A stretch of DNA of 64,000 bases from an uncultured Gammaproteobacteria bacterium (GCA_964404855.1 CAYOLO010000002.1:3494-67493), one strand, 5' to 3'; numbered from the stretch's first letter, positions 51,925 to 61,689 are shown. Notes: generated from the sequence alone by a model not told the origin. Numbers and translations are program-made.

Positions 51925-53439
51925 TTACTTGGCACCAAGTATAACTACCACATCGGCTGAAGTCTTAACATCAGTTGGTAGCTTAGATCCCTTATCAGTT
52001 GCTGTATAGCCAGCGGTTTTGAGCTCAGCTATTAACGCTTTAATAAAATCATCTGAGGCTTTGCCAACATTGTATATCTCCGTTGCAGTGTAATCTTCAG
52101 TGGGAGCGTTAGTTGCAGAAACAGTATCGAAGTCTGCAGAATCTAAGGCCTTACTTACAACACCTGCGGCACCAGCCTTACCTGAACCGTTTTGAACCTG
52201 TACTGAAAATTCGTCTTTTTTAATATTAGCTGAAGGTGAAGATTCAACAGGAGTTGGCGTAGCTTGAATTATTGGTGCAGGGGTGGGTGTTGGAGTAAGT
52301 GTTGTTTGGCTAACAACAGCGGGTGAAAAGAATGGAACATTGAATGGAAGATAGCCTGCTCTTGCGAGAACACCAACAACCAAAAACAGCACAACTAAAA
52401 TAATAATTACACCTACAAGCCAAGCTTTCCAACTGGTGGTTTCCTCATCGTAATAACGATAATCTCTACTATCGTTTAATCTACGAAGTGTGTCTTCGTT
52501 TTCGTTTTCGTTAGTATATTCCTCTGACATAGCAGTTTTGTCTTTTTCTTCTAGTAATTGATGGGCAGATGTTTTGGCCGAAGAAGATTCTTCTTTTTTC
52601 TCTTCTTCGTTATTCTCGTGGGCAATTTCTTGCGGTAGGTCTTTCACAACAAGCCGAGCAGATATTATTGAATCTAAGTATAACGACTTGGTATTATCTG
52701 TCAAGTTTTTTATTGTAATAGGCTTTCTTGCCAGAGTAATTTTTGAAGGGAGTTTGATTTCGGGTGTTTTTGGAAAACCAATGAGCGCGACTTTTTTGAT
52801 GTTTAGTCCATATTCTTTTTTATTTTGAACGAACTCAATTGCCTTTGAAACACGTGTAACTAGTTCAACTGGATCTGGACTGTTAATTGTTTCGGTGTAA
52901 TACACGGCCGAATCTTTAACTGCAGCTAAAATGTATTGATCAGCGGTTTTGAGGGCAATTAGCGCTTCTTTTTCTTTTGCAAATTTTTCCATACCCAAAA
53001 TCACGGGAGCGAAACCGAGGAATTCCATATTTAACTCTTGAGAATATTTGAGATAGAGCTCTTTAGTTTCCGTGGGGTAAACTGTAACTTGAGTTCTTTG
53101 GTCGTCAATATTGTAATGAACAGCCTCGATTTCCTGACTGGTCAACGAATATTTATCTTTTACTTTTTGTGTAATTTCTTTATCTGACAAACCAGAAACA
53201 TCTGTTAGTACTGTAGTTAAGGTTTTGTACTCTGGCCAGACTGCGAAAAGCTTGGTAGGTAGATCTGGGTTGGCAGTTTTAATATCACGTAAGGCTTTTT
53301 GAATATGCTTATGATCTCTTTGGTCGCTTACTTTCTCTGAAATATTTTTTATAAATGCAACTTTTGAACCGTCTACCTCAAAAATACAGATTTTAATCCC
53401 TTCTGGGTCAATTAGTAGTGTTGCAAAACTGTTATTCAT
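51925..53439 (-). CDS. Bitopic protein: putative degenerate PilM/GspL-like cytoplasmic domain, TM, PT-rich linker, LytR_C domain
   Basis: LytR_C is clear (VQVQNGSGKAGAAG...ATNA...YTATEIY...DVVVILG); N-terminal assignment is only a pattern resemblance. Confidence 0.7.
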   Translation of the reverse strand: MNNSFATLLIDPEGIKICIFEVDGSKVAFIKNISEKVSDQRDHKHIQKALRDIKTANPDLPTKLFAVWPEYKTLTTVLTDVSGLSDKEITQKVKDKYSLTSQEIEAVHYNIDDQRTQVTVYPTETKELYLKYSQELNMEFLGFAPVILGMEKFAKEKEALIALKTADQYILAAVKDSAVYYTETINSPDPVELVTRVSKAIEFVQNKKEYGLNIKKVALIGFPKTPEIKLPSKITLARKPITIKNLTDNTKSLYLDSIISARLVVKDLPQEIAHENNEEEKKEESSSAKTSAHQLLEEKDKTAMSEEYTNENENEDTLRRLNDSRDYRYYDEETTSWKAWLVGVIIILVVLFLVVGVLARAGYLPFNVPFFSPAVVSQTTLTPTPTPAPIIQATPTPVESSPSANIKKDEFSVQVQNGSGKAGAAGVVSKALDSADFDTVSATNAPTEDYTATEIYNVGKASDDFIKALIAELKTAGYTATDKGSKLPTDVKTSADVVVILGAK

Positions 53440-53523
53440 ATCTCAAAGACATTTATTTAATAGCTAATACATCCATATTAAATAGATACTCAATATTTTG
53501 CTATAGCCTTATTTTTTGAAAAA

Positions 53524-53988
53524 TTATCTAGTGACCGTAATTGTCTCACCAAGTTCTGCAGAAGGAGCGGTAACAGTAATGCGATCGTCGGTCGTTACCA
53601 CGACTGTATAACCAGTTTGATAGGCAGTACAATCTGTAAATGAACCATCCTGAGGATCGATTGGAACCGAGGCAATATACTCTGGAGTAACATCATCACA
53701 AATATTTGCCATTGCAGGAATTGAGGTAGTAGAAGAGCCGATTTCTCTTTCTGTCGAGTCAACGCCGCTTGGGAAACCTGCAGAGTTATTAATATAATAC
53801 TGTTGGATCGCGTTTAAGATTGCATTAATATCAGATTTTCTTTGGGTGTTTCTTGCCTGAGCAAACTGTCTTGCAGGGTTAAGTGCAACTAAAACAATCG
53901 CAAAAAGTACACCAATGATTGCAATTACAACTAGAAGTTCAATAAGGGTAAATCCTCTGGGAGACTTAATATTTTTGGGCAGATTCAT
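53524..53988 (-). CDS. Type IV pilin (probable major pilin)
   Basis: Class III signal KSPRG|FTLIELLVVIAIIGVL, ARNTQRKSD, PIDP, Cys pair; ATG 53988 preferred. Confidence 0.92.
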   Translation of the reverse strand: MNLPKNIKSPRGFTLIELLVVIAIIGVLFAIVLVALNPARQFAQARNTQRKSDINAILNAIQQYYINNSAGFPSGVDSTEREIGSSTTSIPAMANICDDVTPEYIASVPIDPQDGSFTDCTAYQTGYTVVVTTDDRITVTAPSAELGETITVTR

Positions 53989-54043
53989 ATTTAACTGATT
54001 TAACTTAATATTAGGTATTAGTATTTGGCTTGTCAAGAAGATT

Positions 54044-55129
54044 TTATTGTTGTTGAGCGCTTTCTGTTGAGGGTACTACTAAAATTTGAGGAGAACTTTT
54101 CGGTTGAGAAAATTTTTGTGAGGGAATTATGGTTGGCTCGGTTTTGGCTGCAGGAGCAACAGTACCATTTTTTCGGATATTTTTTGATTTTGTTGATTGG
54201 AATTGCATATATACGACTATTCCCAAAACTACTAAAAGAGTTGCCAATATTAAAATAGTAGCAATGATTTTTGGTGAAGGTTTTTTGGATTGTGTATTTT
54301 CGGTAGTTTCCAACTTATTTGTTTCTTTTTCAGATGGAGAATTTGCTTCAATTTTTTTGATCTGCTCAGCAGAAATTATTTCGGGCGATTTGGTTTTGGA
54401 AAAATTTGAAATAATTAATTCATCAAAACTTCCTGTAACCTGTGGAATCTTCAATAAACTGATTTTTTCAATTGTTACCGCTTTGTCCGAATCTGTTATT
54501 ACTGTATCAATTTCAAGACTAAAATCTTGGTCAGTTTTGTAAAACCTTATTAACTCTGGAAGAATTTTTTCACTATCTACCTGTTTATATATTTGGTAAT
54601 CTACTACCCGCTCCTTGTGATTTAGTATTACAATTAAGCCATTTTTGCTGTTAAGACAAGTTAATATTGTTTTTGATTTTTTAGGGATATTAGCTAATAA
54701 GTTTGGGGAAAATAGTAAAACTAATGGATAACTTTTAACAATACTAATCTTGTCTGCAAAGCATTTAAAAAGCAAATTCTTAATCGGATTTGGGGAAGCA
54801 AAAATTGTACTGATTTCATCGCCTTTTATAATAAAAAAATCCGCCTCATCAGCTGAATAGGGCAAAATCTGGTCGGCTAATGATAATAGCTCCGTTGGTG
54901 TTTTTTTGGTTGAATTAATAAATGACATGTCTGAAGCGAAAATAATTTCGACTTCTTGGCTTTTTTTGGATTTTGGATCAAGAGGGATTGCTTTTTTAAC
55001 GGCGTTTACTAGAGAATTTATATCTTGCGAAAAACTGATATTTTTGCCTTCGATGCCTACTTTTTCATAGACAGTTAAGCTACTCCTTGAAACTAAAATT
55101 TTTAAATTATTATTAGGCAGTATAGACAT
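54044..55129 (-). CDS. Hypothetical bitopic protein, possibly degenerate PilM/GspL-like
   Basis: About 285 aa soluble domain, TM, short P/S/T/Q tail; inside the pilin operon; TAATG overlap at 55129. Confidence 0.6.
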   Translation of the reverse strand: MSILPNNNLKILVSRSSLTVYEKVGIEGKNISFSQDINSLVNAVKKAIPLDPKSKKSQEVEIIFASDMSFINSTKKTPTELLSLADQILPYSADEADFFIIKGDEISTIFASPNPIKNLLFKCFADKISIVKSYPLVLLFSPNLLANIPKKSKTILTCLNSKNGLIVILNHKERVVDYQIYKQVDSEKILPELIRFYKTDQDFSLEIDTVITDSDKAVTIEKISLLKIPQVTGSFDELIISNFSKTKSPEIISAEQIKKIEANSPSEKETNKLETTENTQSKKPSPKIIATILILATLLVVLGIVVYMQFQSTKSKNIRKNGTVAPAAKTEPTIIPSQKFSQPKSSPQILVVPSTESAQQQ

Positions 55130-55506
55130 TATATTTCTCTCCAAGAACTAATTTGTAAATTATTTTCGGTTGATAATACTATTACTTCAATTGTCCTTTT
55201 TGTATTGTTAAATTCAACGGACGAAGTTATAGTTTTTGGATTAGTACCAGTTACATTAATTGTAATATTGCTACCGTTTACAGTTAGCGTATTTCCTGAA
55301 TAAGTCTGGTTTCTAAGTAAATTAAGAATAGCATCTTCAATCCCTGATTCGGCAAGTAAATATGCTTTTGTTGTATTTGACGAAGTATTTGATTGAATTA
55401 ATTGTCCAAGCAATGAAGTCGAGGCTGATGTAAAAATAACTGTTGCTATTGCAGAAATTACTATGACAGCCAGTAGTGCAGAACCATTATTTTTTTTCTG
55501 CTTCAT
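55129..55506 (-). CDS. Minor pilin, PilX/GspK-like
   Basis: KKNNG|SALLAVIV (no Glu5), AYLLAESGIEDA. Confidence 0.85.
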   Translation of the reverse strand: MKQKKNNGSALLAVIVISAIATVIFTSASTSLLGQLIQSNTSSNTTKAYLLAESGIEDAILNLLRNQTYSGNTLTVNGSNITINVTGTNPKTITSSVEFNNTKRTIEVIVLSTENNLQISSWREI

Positions 55507-56009
55507 TGCCTTTTGTTTACAGTGAAACTTATATTGATTTGATCAACACTACTGGAAACGGTTCGAGACTGAAGTACGATATCAAAATTTAACGTCGCTG
55601 ATCCCGACTCGTAGCTAGAATTTTTTACACTAAAACTATTAACATACGTTTGGTTCGAATTGATTCTATATGTGCCGTTAGGGTCAGTGATTTGGAGCGC
55701 ACCATCAGCTAGTGTATAAGAGTAATTCTCAGTGTCAAAAACAAAATGTAATTCATCAGCCGTTTCTCCAACAATAGCTGGAGTAGAAATACTGGCAGCT
55801 CTGCGAATATCATTACGTAATTTCGTACTAATAAATCTTGCATCAGAATCCAAATAAGAGATATTTCTCGATTCGATCATAAATGAAAGTGTCTGCAAGA
55901 TAATATCGGTGATAAAAATAATAACAATTGAGAGCAATGCTATATATAACAATACTTCGACAAAAGTGGTGCCTTTTGGTTTTGGTTTTTTAAAAAAAAT
56001 ATTTTTCAT
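55503..56009 (-). CDS. Minor pilin, PilW/GspJ-like
   Basis: KPKG|TTFVEVLLYIAL, LRNDIRRA. Confidence 0.85.
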   Translation of the reverse strand: MKNIFFKKPKPKGTTFVEVLLYIALLSIVIIFITDIILQTLSFMIESRNISYLDSDARFISTKLRNDIRRAASISTPAIVGETADELHFVFDTENYSYTLADGALQITDPNGTYRINSNQTYVNSFSVKNSSYESGSATLNFDIVLQSRTVSSSVDQINISFTVNKRQ

Positions 56010-57859
56010 TGAATATATGTAATTCTAAAGTTGTTTACGGTTGGCGTCACAATACCATCACCAGTGAGTAATATTTTTGCTCTAATATACTGTCCATCAG
56101 AACCAGTTAAGGGATAGGCACCATTTGATGTGTAGTAGGTCGTAGGAGTACCATCAGGTCCAAGAAATTCAAACCCATACCCCAAAGAATTTACTGCAAC
56201 CTGAAACTTGAGCTCTGTTCCATTAGGAACGTCTGCGTCCCAGTTAACAGATTGAACAGAGGTGAACCCATTATTTGTGTTAAAAGTTTGTGAATATAAT
56301 TCCCCATAAGTAACGTAGTTAGAACCACCGCCATTAACCACAATTAATTCTCTTGAATTTGACTGGGTTAAAGCATATGCATACGAACCAACTGTTAACA
56401 CCGCTTGAGAGTTGGCCCCGATTGAGTGTGTGCCAATAGGAGATGGCGTGGCAGGATCAGAAAGATCATAAATATACAGACCAAGACCAGAAATATTGTC
56501 AACAAAAAATCCTTTATTATCTGCAATATACATATCTCCTATGTTATTAATGCTAAACTGCGACAATTCACTGATTGAAGCTGGGGTTGCTGCAGAGAGA
56601 ATGAATATTTTGTTTTGTGCAGAAGACAGATAGATATTAGGATATTGGAAAAAAATTGAAGTTGCATTTTCACTGCCACTTATATCGTATGTGGCTGCAA
56701 TATTGTTGGTTGGATATTCAATTAATAAATCAACAACAACAACTTCTTGATTATCTATGTGAGTTGATAGGTATATATACCGCCCATCTAAATAAATATC
56801 ACTTATTGTATCGCTAAAATCTTGAGACGATATTAGGGTGGGGCTGGCTGGGTTCGCAATATTTACCGTATTAAATTCTTTTTCTGTACCATCTAAAGCT
56901 CTAATTACATAAAGCCTATTCCCAGAAACTGTTAGATTTGTAGCATCTACTGAGCCTGAAAGATTAATATTGCTCGTAGGCAATGGGGCAGTAGGATCGG
57001 TGATGTTATAAATTTTAACCTCCTGATTATCATCAGAAGTTGCAACGAATGCGTAACCGCCACTGACAAATATTTTCTTTCCATTTGAACCTAATTCTGT
57101 AGCAGAAATTAGTGATGGGCTGGCGGGGTTAGCAAGACTATAAATCAAAAACTCTTGCCCTCCTGGGTCATTATCTTTAACTATAAACAACCTACCATCA
57201 TCAACCGCAAAACTATTGACTGTCTGCGAATTAGTTATATTTATGTTCCCAACTCTTCCGGCAGCACCCCAACCTGGACCAGTGTTAGACTCTAAAACAA
57301 TTTCTCCATCATCTGATGTAGTTATAGAAGTATTATTTCTATCTCCACTATTAAAATCGGTACTAGTAGTTTGATTCCAAAATCCGTTTCCAGCATACCT
57401 TGTTATTAGTTGAGTGGTAGATAGAGATCCGCTTACTGGACTAGTCCAAGAAATATCAACTATTATTTGTTTTGAATCAGGATCAATGGTTCCATCTGGA
57501 CAATCAACAATAAGCAAATTTGAATCCCGACAAACATTATCTATTTGAACAGCTCTTGTAAATTGAGTGCCAGCGATTGCTTCGTCGCCAGACGCCAAGG
57601 TCCACTGATCGCCGGACATTACGGGATGGTACACACCTTCAAGAGACAAGGTGTCCCAACTTGATTCTTTAATTGAGCGAATAATATCAACCGAACTATC
57701 CAACAGATCTCTTGAGACATATTTAATATTAGAAGCTAAAAAAGAAGACCTAACCAACACCATTACTTGAATAGCTAAACCAATAATTACCGAAGATATG
57801 GCAATCGCAATTAGTAGCTCTATTAATGCAATACCTTTATTGGATTGTGATTGCTCCAT
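56006..57859 (-). CDS. Large modular minor pilin (PilV-like N-terminus plus LVIVD-repeat beta-propeller)
   Basis: SNKG|IALIELLIAIAI; repeated VSGGYAFVA..., IYNITDPTAP, VNIANPASP, IYDLSDPATP; ATG 57859 preferred. Confidence 0.85.
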   Translation of the reverse strand: MEQSQSNKGIALIELLIAIAISSVIIGLAIQVMVLVRSSFLASNIKYVSRDLLDSSVDIIRSIKESSWDTLSLEGVYHPVMSGDQWTLASGDEAIAGTQFTRAVQIDNVCRDSNLLIVDCPDGTIDPDSKQIIVDISWTSPVSGSLSTTQLITRYAGNGFWNQTTSTDFNSGDRNNTSITTSDDGEIVLESNTGPGWGAAGRVGNINITNSQTVNSFAVDDGRLFIVKDNDPGGQEFLIYSLANPASPSLISATELGSNGKKIFVSGGYAFVATSDDNQEVKIYNITDPTAPLPTSNINLSGSVDATNLTVSGNRLYVIRALDGTEKEFNTVNIANPASPTLISSQDFSDTISDIYLDGRYIYLSTHIDNQEVVVVDLLIEYPTNNIAATYDISGSENATSIFFQYPNIYLSSAQNKIFILSAATPASISELSQFSINNIGDMYIADNKGFFVDNISGLGLYIYDLSDPATPSPIGTHSIGANSQAVLTVGSYAYALTQSNSRELIVVNGGGSNYVTYGELYSQTFNTNNGFTSVQSVNWDADVPNGTELKFQVAVNSLGYGFEFLGPDGTPTTYYTSNGAYPLTGSDGQYIRAKILLTGDGIVTPTVNNFRITYIQ

Positions 57860-58310
57860 ATGGATTAATTGTGACTGTTTTAGTGACATTGTCGAATGAG
57901 GAAAAAACCAAAGTGTTTTGTACATCTGAATATGCAGTCAGTTTGCCTGTGAGGCGGTCAAAAATTAATTGAGAATTAGGAAGATTAATCTGAGATAAGG
58001 TAATACCAGATGAAAAGTTCACCACAAAGTTTGTGGAATTATTTGAAGAATAATTATTACCTTTAAAAACAGTATATGAAGTTGAGGTAAAGTAAACTCC
58101 GTAGTTGTCGTCCCCAGATGCATCTTGGGATTGTGAAACTGATTTGTTTTGTGATTCTCTAATTGCGGAATTAACTTCGAGAATTGTGCTTTCTAGGCTT
58201 GTTTGATTTTGTTGATTCGTAAAAACAACCGAACTAAAAACAACTACCAATCCCAAAATTGTAACAACTAATATTAACTCAACTAAAGTAAATCCTTTTT
58301 TTATAAACAT
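57837..58310 (-). CDS. Minor pilin, FimT/GspH-like
   Basis: KKG|FTLVELILVV, IRESQNKS, YGVYF, IFDRLTG, VTINPYG. Confidence 0.87.
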   Translation of the reverse strand: MFIKKGFTLVELILVVTILGLVVVFSSVVFTNQQNQTSLESTILEVNSAIRESQNKSVSQSQDASGDDNYGVYFTSTSYTVFKGNNYSSNNSTNFVVNFSSGITLSQINLPNSQLIFDRLTGKLTAYSDVQNTLVFSSFDNVTKTVTINPYGAITIQ

Positions 58311-58317
58311 ATAAATA

Positions 58318-59397
58318 TTAAACCGCCTTATTCAAAGATCCAATTAGTTCATAAACTGGACCAATAAATGAAATAATTAATCCTCCAACTCCCAATGCGA
58401 TAATTACCAAAATGACTGGTTCAATAATTACTGAAATATTTTTTAACTTATCGGAAACTGAAGTGGAATAATATTCAAAAACTTGAGCCATTGAAGATTC
58501 CAGAGTTCCAGATTTTTCTCCTGTAGCTAATATTCTTCGAAAAGTAGATGGGTAGATTCTTCGGTGCTTTTCAAAAGCTGCTTCTAGGGTGGAACCTGCA
58601 GCAAGGTCTCTGGAAATCTGTATCATAGTTTTTTTAACATCAGGAAGAATTAAAGTGTCTTTCGTTAAATCAAGCACTTCGAGTATCGGAATTCCCGAGG
58701 TAAGAAGTGAGGAAAAAATTGTAGACACCCTAGCCAAGTCAATTTCTAACATGATTTTTCTGGTGACAGGGATATGCGACAAAATAAAAATGAAAGTTTT
58801 TTTACCAATACTACTGCGGATAAAAAGGATGATTAATATCGCGATTAAAATTATTCCAATTATCGATAAAGCCTGATTCTTTTGTAAGAAAAGTGACAAC
58901 TCGATTAATATGCGTGTCGGCAATGGAATTTTTACATTTAATCTTAAAAATGTTTCTCCAAGTCTTGGAATCACAAAAAGGATTAGAACCGTTGACACAA
59001 CAGCCATAACCCCCATTACCATCCCAGGATAAGTCATTGCAGATTTAATAGATTTTTTAATAAATTCCTGTTCTTTTAGTGTCCTCACTAGAATCTTTAA
59101 GGATTCTGTTAATGTGCCTCCAACTTCGCCTGCTTTTACAACAGAAATTTCTGAACGAGAAAAAAATAAAGGAAAGGTTGCCATGCCTTCATTTAATGAT
59201 TTACCTGATTCAAGTGTTTTTACTAGTGAATTAAATATATTATTTTTTGACGACTTATCAGAATCTTCAACGATTGACGCGATTGCCTGATCAATCGGAA
59301 TACCTGCGTCTATCATTGTGGCAAGGTTTTGAAAAAACTCAATCTTGGTTTTGGTTGGAATTGGATTTGGATTAAATATGGGCAGAGTTATGTTCAT
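58318..59397 (-). CDS. pilC: Type IV pilus platform protein (GspF family)
   Basis: NLATMIDAGIPI, AGEVGGTL, IKSAMTYP, GEKSGTL, IIEPV. Confidence 0.93.
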   Translation of the reverse strand: MNITLPIFNPNPIPTKTKIEFFQNLATMIDAGIPIDQAIASIVEDSDKSSKNNIFNSLVKTLESGKSLNEGMATFPLFFSRSEISVVKAGEVGGTLTESLKILVRTLKEQEFIKKSIKSAMTYPGMVMGVMAVVSTVLILFVIPRLGETFLRLNVKIPLPTRILIELSLFLQKNQALSIIGIILIAILIILFIRSSIGKKTFIFILSHIPVTRKIMLEIDLARVSTIFSSLLTSGIPILEVLDLTKDTLILPDVKKTMIQISRDLAAGSTLEAAFEKHRRIYPSTFRRILATGEKSGTLESSMAQVFEYYSTSVSDKLKNISVIIEPVILVIIALGVGGLIISFIGPVYELIGSLNKAV

Positions 59398-61118
59398 TTT
59401 GTTGGCTGAGTTTTTACTGAATCTTCATAATCAACACTTTCTGATACCGCATCTAAGACCTCTTCAAGTGTTGTCAGCCCAGCGGCTGCTTTATCGATAC
59501 CATCTTCAAGCATTGTTGTAAAACCTTCAAGTCTTGCTTGCGAAGTAAGCTGCTCAAGTGAGGCTTTGTTTTGAATCAATTCGCGGATTTTTGGGGTGAT
59601 TTTTAAGATTTCAAAAACAGCAATCCTTCCTATAAATACCTCATCGGGGTCCAAATCTTGTTTTGGTCTATAAAAACTAGTTTTTGTTAATAATCCAGTT
59701 GCCGTTTCTTTACCTAGATATTGTGAAAATCTTTCTATAATTGCTTCAGGGACTTGGTAATTTTCTATTTTATTCGGATCGAGTCGTCTAACTAGTCTTT
59801 GCGCCATAACCACAGATAGAGTGGATGCTAAGAGAAAAGGTTCAACACCTAAATCCTCGAATCTTGGAATGGCCGTAGGGGCATCATTGGTGTGTAGTGT
59901 TGATAAAACTAGATGGCCAGTTAAGGCTGAGTGAATTGCGATATCAGCTGTTTCTGAGTCTCGAATTTCTCCAACCAAGATTATATCTGGATCATGCCTA
60001 AGAATTGACCTTAGTCCAGAAGCAAAAGTAAGACCAGTTACTGTATTTACTTGAATCTGATTAACGCGATCGATAGTGTACTCGACTGGGTCCTCGATAG
60101 TAATAATATTAACGTCTTCTTTGTTGAGGATTTTTAGTAAATTATAAAGAGTTGTGGTCTTTCCCGAACCTGTTGGTCCGGTTGAAAGTATCATTCCTTG
60201 AGGCTTATCAAGTTCAAGTCGCATTAATTCAAGATTTTTCCCTCGTAGTCCAATTTCTTCCAAACTTTTGGGTGCTGACGAATCAGATAGCAATCTTAAT
60301 ACTGCGTCTTCACCAGTAGATAAAGGTAAAATTGATACACGTACAGAATATTGTTCGGTCAGATAATCGAATCTAAAACGCCCGTCTTGTGGAACCCTAT
60401 GTTCGTCAATTTTTAGTGACGATAAAATTTTAATTCTAGCTATTAGTCCAGATTGAATATTTTTTGGTAACTCAAGGATATCCCTAAGCCTCCCATTAAT
60501 TCTAAACCTTATAATTACTCTAGTCTGATAACCGACAATATGGATATCTGACGCGTTTTTGGCTGCAGCAAACTGAAGAATTTTGTCAAAAGTTTTAACA
60601 ACGTTAATATTTTCACCAACATTGATTCCTTTTGCACCAGCAGCAAGTGAGGCAGTTTTGGTAATTTCTGATTTAAACCCTTCAACTACATCTTGTCTGT
60701 ACTGACCCATAGCCTTATTTAGTATTGAAGGTAGCGTAAAGTATAGTTTGACTGCCTTGTGTGTTTTTTGGCTAATTTGATTAAACGCTGTCTGATTATT
60801 TGGGTCTGATGTAGCGACCGAAACCTCGTTTGCGTTAGCTTCAAAAATTAGACATCTATTTTTGTTGGCGAACCCTGGTGGAATCAAATTAAGGATTTTT
60901 GAATCAATTTTTGATCTTAAAGCAGTAAAGGGAAATCCTGAAGTTTTTGACAAGATCTCACCTAATGTTTCTTCCTGTATTAAACCTCTAGAAAGAATTA
61001 CTTCTATGATTGGCTGCTTAAACATTCTTGAGGCGTTTAAAGCGTCCTCATATTGTGCCTCATCTACATAGCCTGATTCTAGTAATGATTTTTTTAGATC
61101 TTCGTTGGGCAGAAGCAT
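59394..61118 (-). CDS. pilB: Type IV pilus assembly ATPase (GspE/PilB)
   Basis: ASDIHI, PQDGR, TGPTGSGKTTTLY, TIEDPVE, LRHDPDIILVGEIRD, TGHLVLSTLHTNDA. Confidence 0.95.
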   Translation of the reverse strand: MLLPNEDLKKSLLESGYVDEAQYEDALNASRMFKQPIIEVILSRGLIQEETLGEILSKTSGFPFTALRSKIDSKILNLIPPGFANKNRCLIFEANANEVSVATSDPNNQTAFNQISQKTHKAVKLYFTLPSILNKAMGQYRQDVVEGFKSEITKTASLAAGAKGINVGENINVVKTFDKILQFAAAKNASDIHIVGYQTRVIIRFRINGRLRDILELPKNIQSGLIARIKILSSLKIDEHRVPQDGRFRFDYLTEQYSVRVSILPLSTGEDAVLRLLSDSSAPKSLEEIGLRGKNLELMRLELDKPQGMILSTGPTGSGKTTTLYNLLKILNKEDVNIITIEDPVEYTIDRVNQIQVNTVTGLTFASGLRSILRHDPDIILVGEIRDSETADIAIHSALTGHLVLSTLHTNDAPTAIPRFEDLGVEPFLLASTLSVVMAQRLVRRLDPNKIENYQVPEAIIERFSQYLGKETATGLLTKTSFYRPKQDLDPDEVFIGRIAVFEILKITPKIRELIQNKASLEQLTSQARLEGFTTMLEDGIDKAAAGLTTLEEVLDAVSESVDYEDSVKTQPTK

Positions 61119-61123
61119 TTTTG

Positions 61124-61642
61124 TCAGAGATGTTTTTGGATCGCGCTAACCACGTCCTGTGGTGTAATATCCGCTTTAATTAAAAAATCGACTGCGCCCA
61201 ATGATTTGGCTCGAGTCTTGTCTGTTTCTTGGCTTAAATTGGTCAAAATAAGAACTGGTGTGTTACCAATAATTGATTTTGCTTGTTCTAAAAACCCAAA
61301 ACCGTCCAGTTTAGGCAACATCAAATCTAGCAGGATTATGTCTGGATGAAAAGTTTTTAGTGCCACGAGTGCCTCTTCACCATTTAATGCCTCTTTAACC
61401 ATATAGCCAGAGTTATTCAGTTTGGTGCTGTACATACGAAGAATGACAGGGTCGTCCTCAATCAAAAGTATATTTTTAGAGTTTGTGTTAGTTGTTGGTT
61501 GTGGCGAAACAGGGACACTTTCAATAGGCACAGAAGTTGAATTAGTTTGAATATTTTGCGGCATTTCTGGAGAGGATTCAGTCGCGACGTCTGGCTGATT
61601 TGGCAGTGGTTTAGGTTGGGTTTGGTTTAATACATCATCCAT
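61124..61642 (-). CDS. Single-domain response regulator with low-complexity N-terminal extension
   Basis: ILLIEDD, PDIILLDLMLPKLDG, LTN, GAVDFLIK; no output domain. Confidence 0.92.
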   Translation of the reverse strand: MDDVLNQTQPKPLPNQPDVATESSPEMPQNIQTNSTSVPIESVPVSPQPTTNTNSKNILLIEDDPVILRMYSTKLNNSGYMVKEALNGEEALVALKTFHPDIILLDLMLPKLDGFGFLEQAKSIIGNTPVLILTNLSQETDKTRAKSLGAVDFLIKADITPQDVVSAIQKHL

Positions 61643-61689
61643 AGATATAATTATACTGAAATTTCCACAAACATTTAGCTACTAACAAC

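Noticed and set aside
55129-61118. Type II secretion system interpretation
   Set aside because: No secretin or GspC in the locus and the context is monoderm-like; a type IV pilus is more parsimonious, though a competence pseudopilus is not excluded
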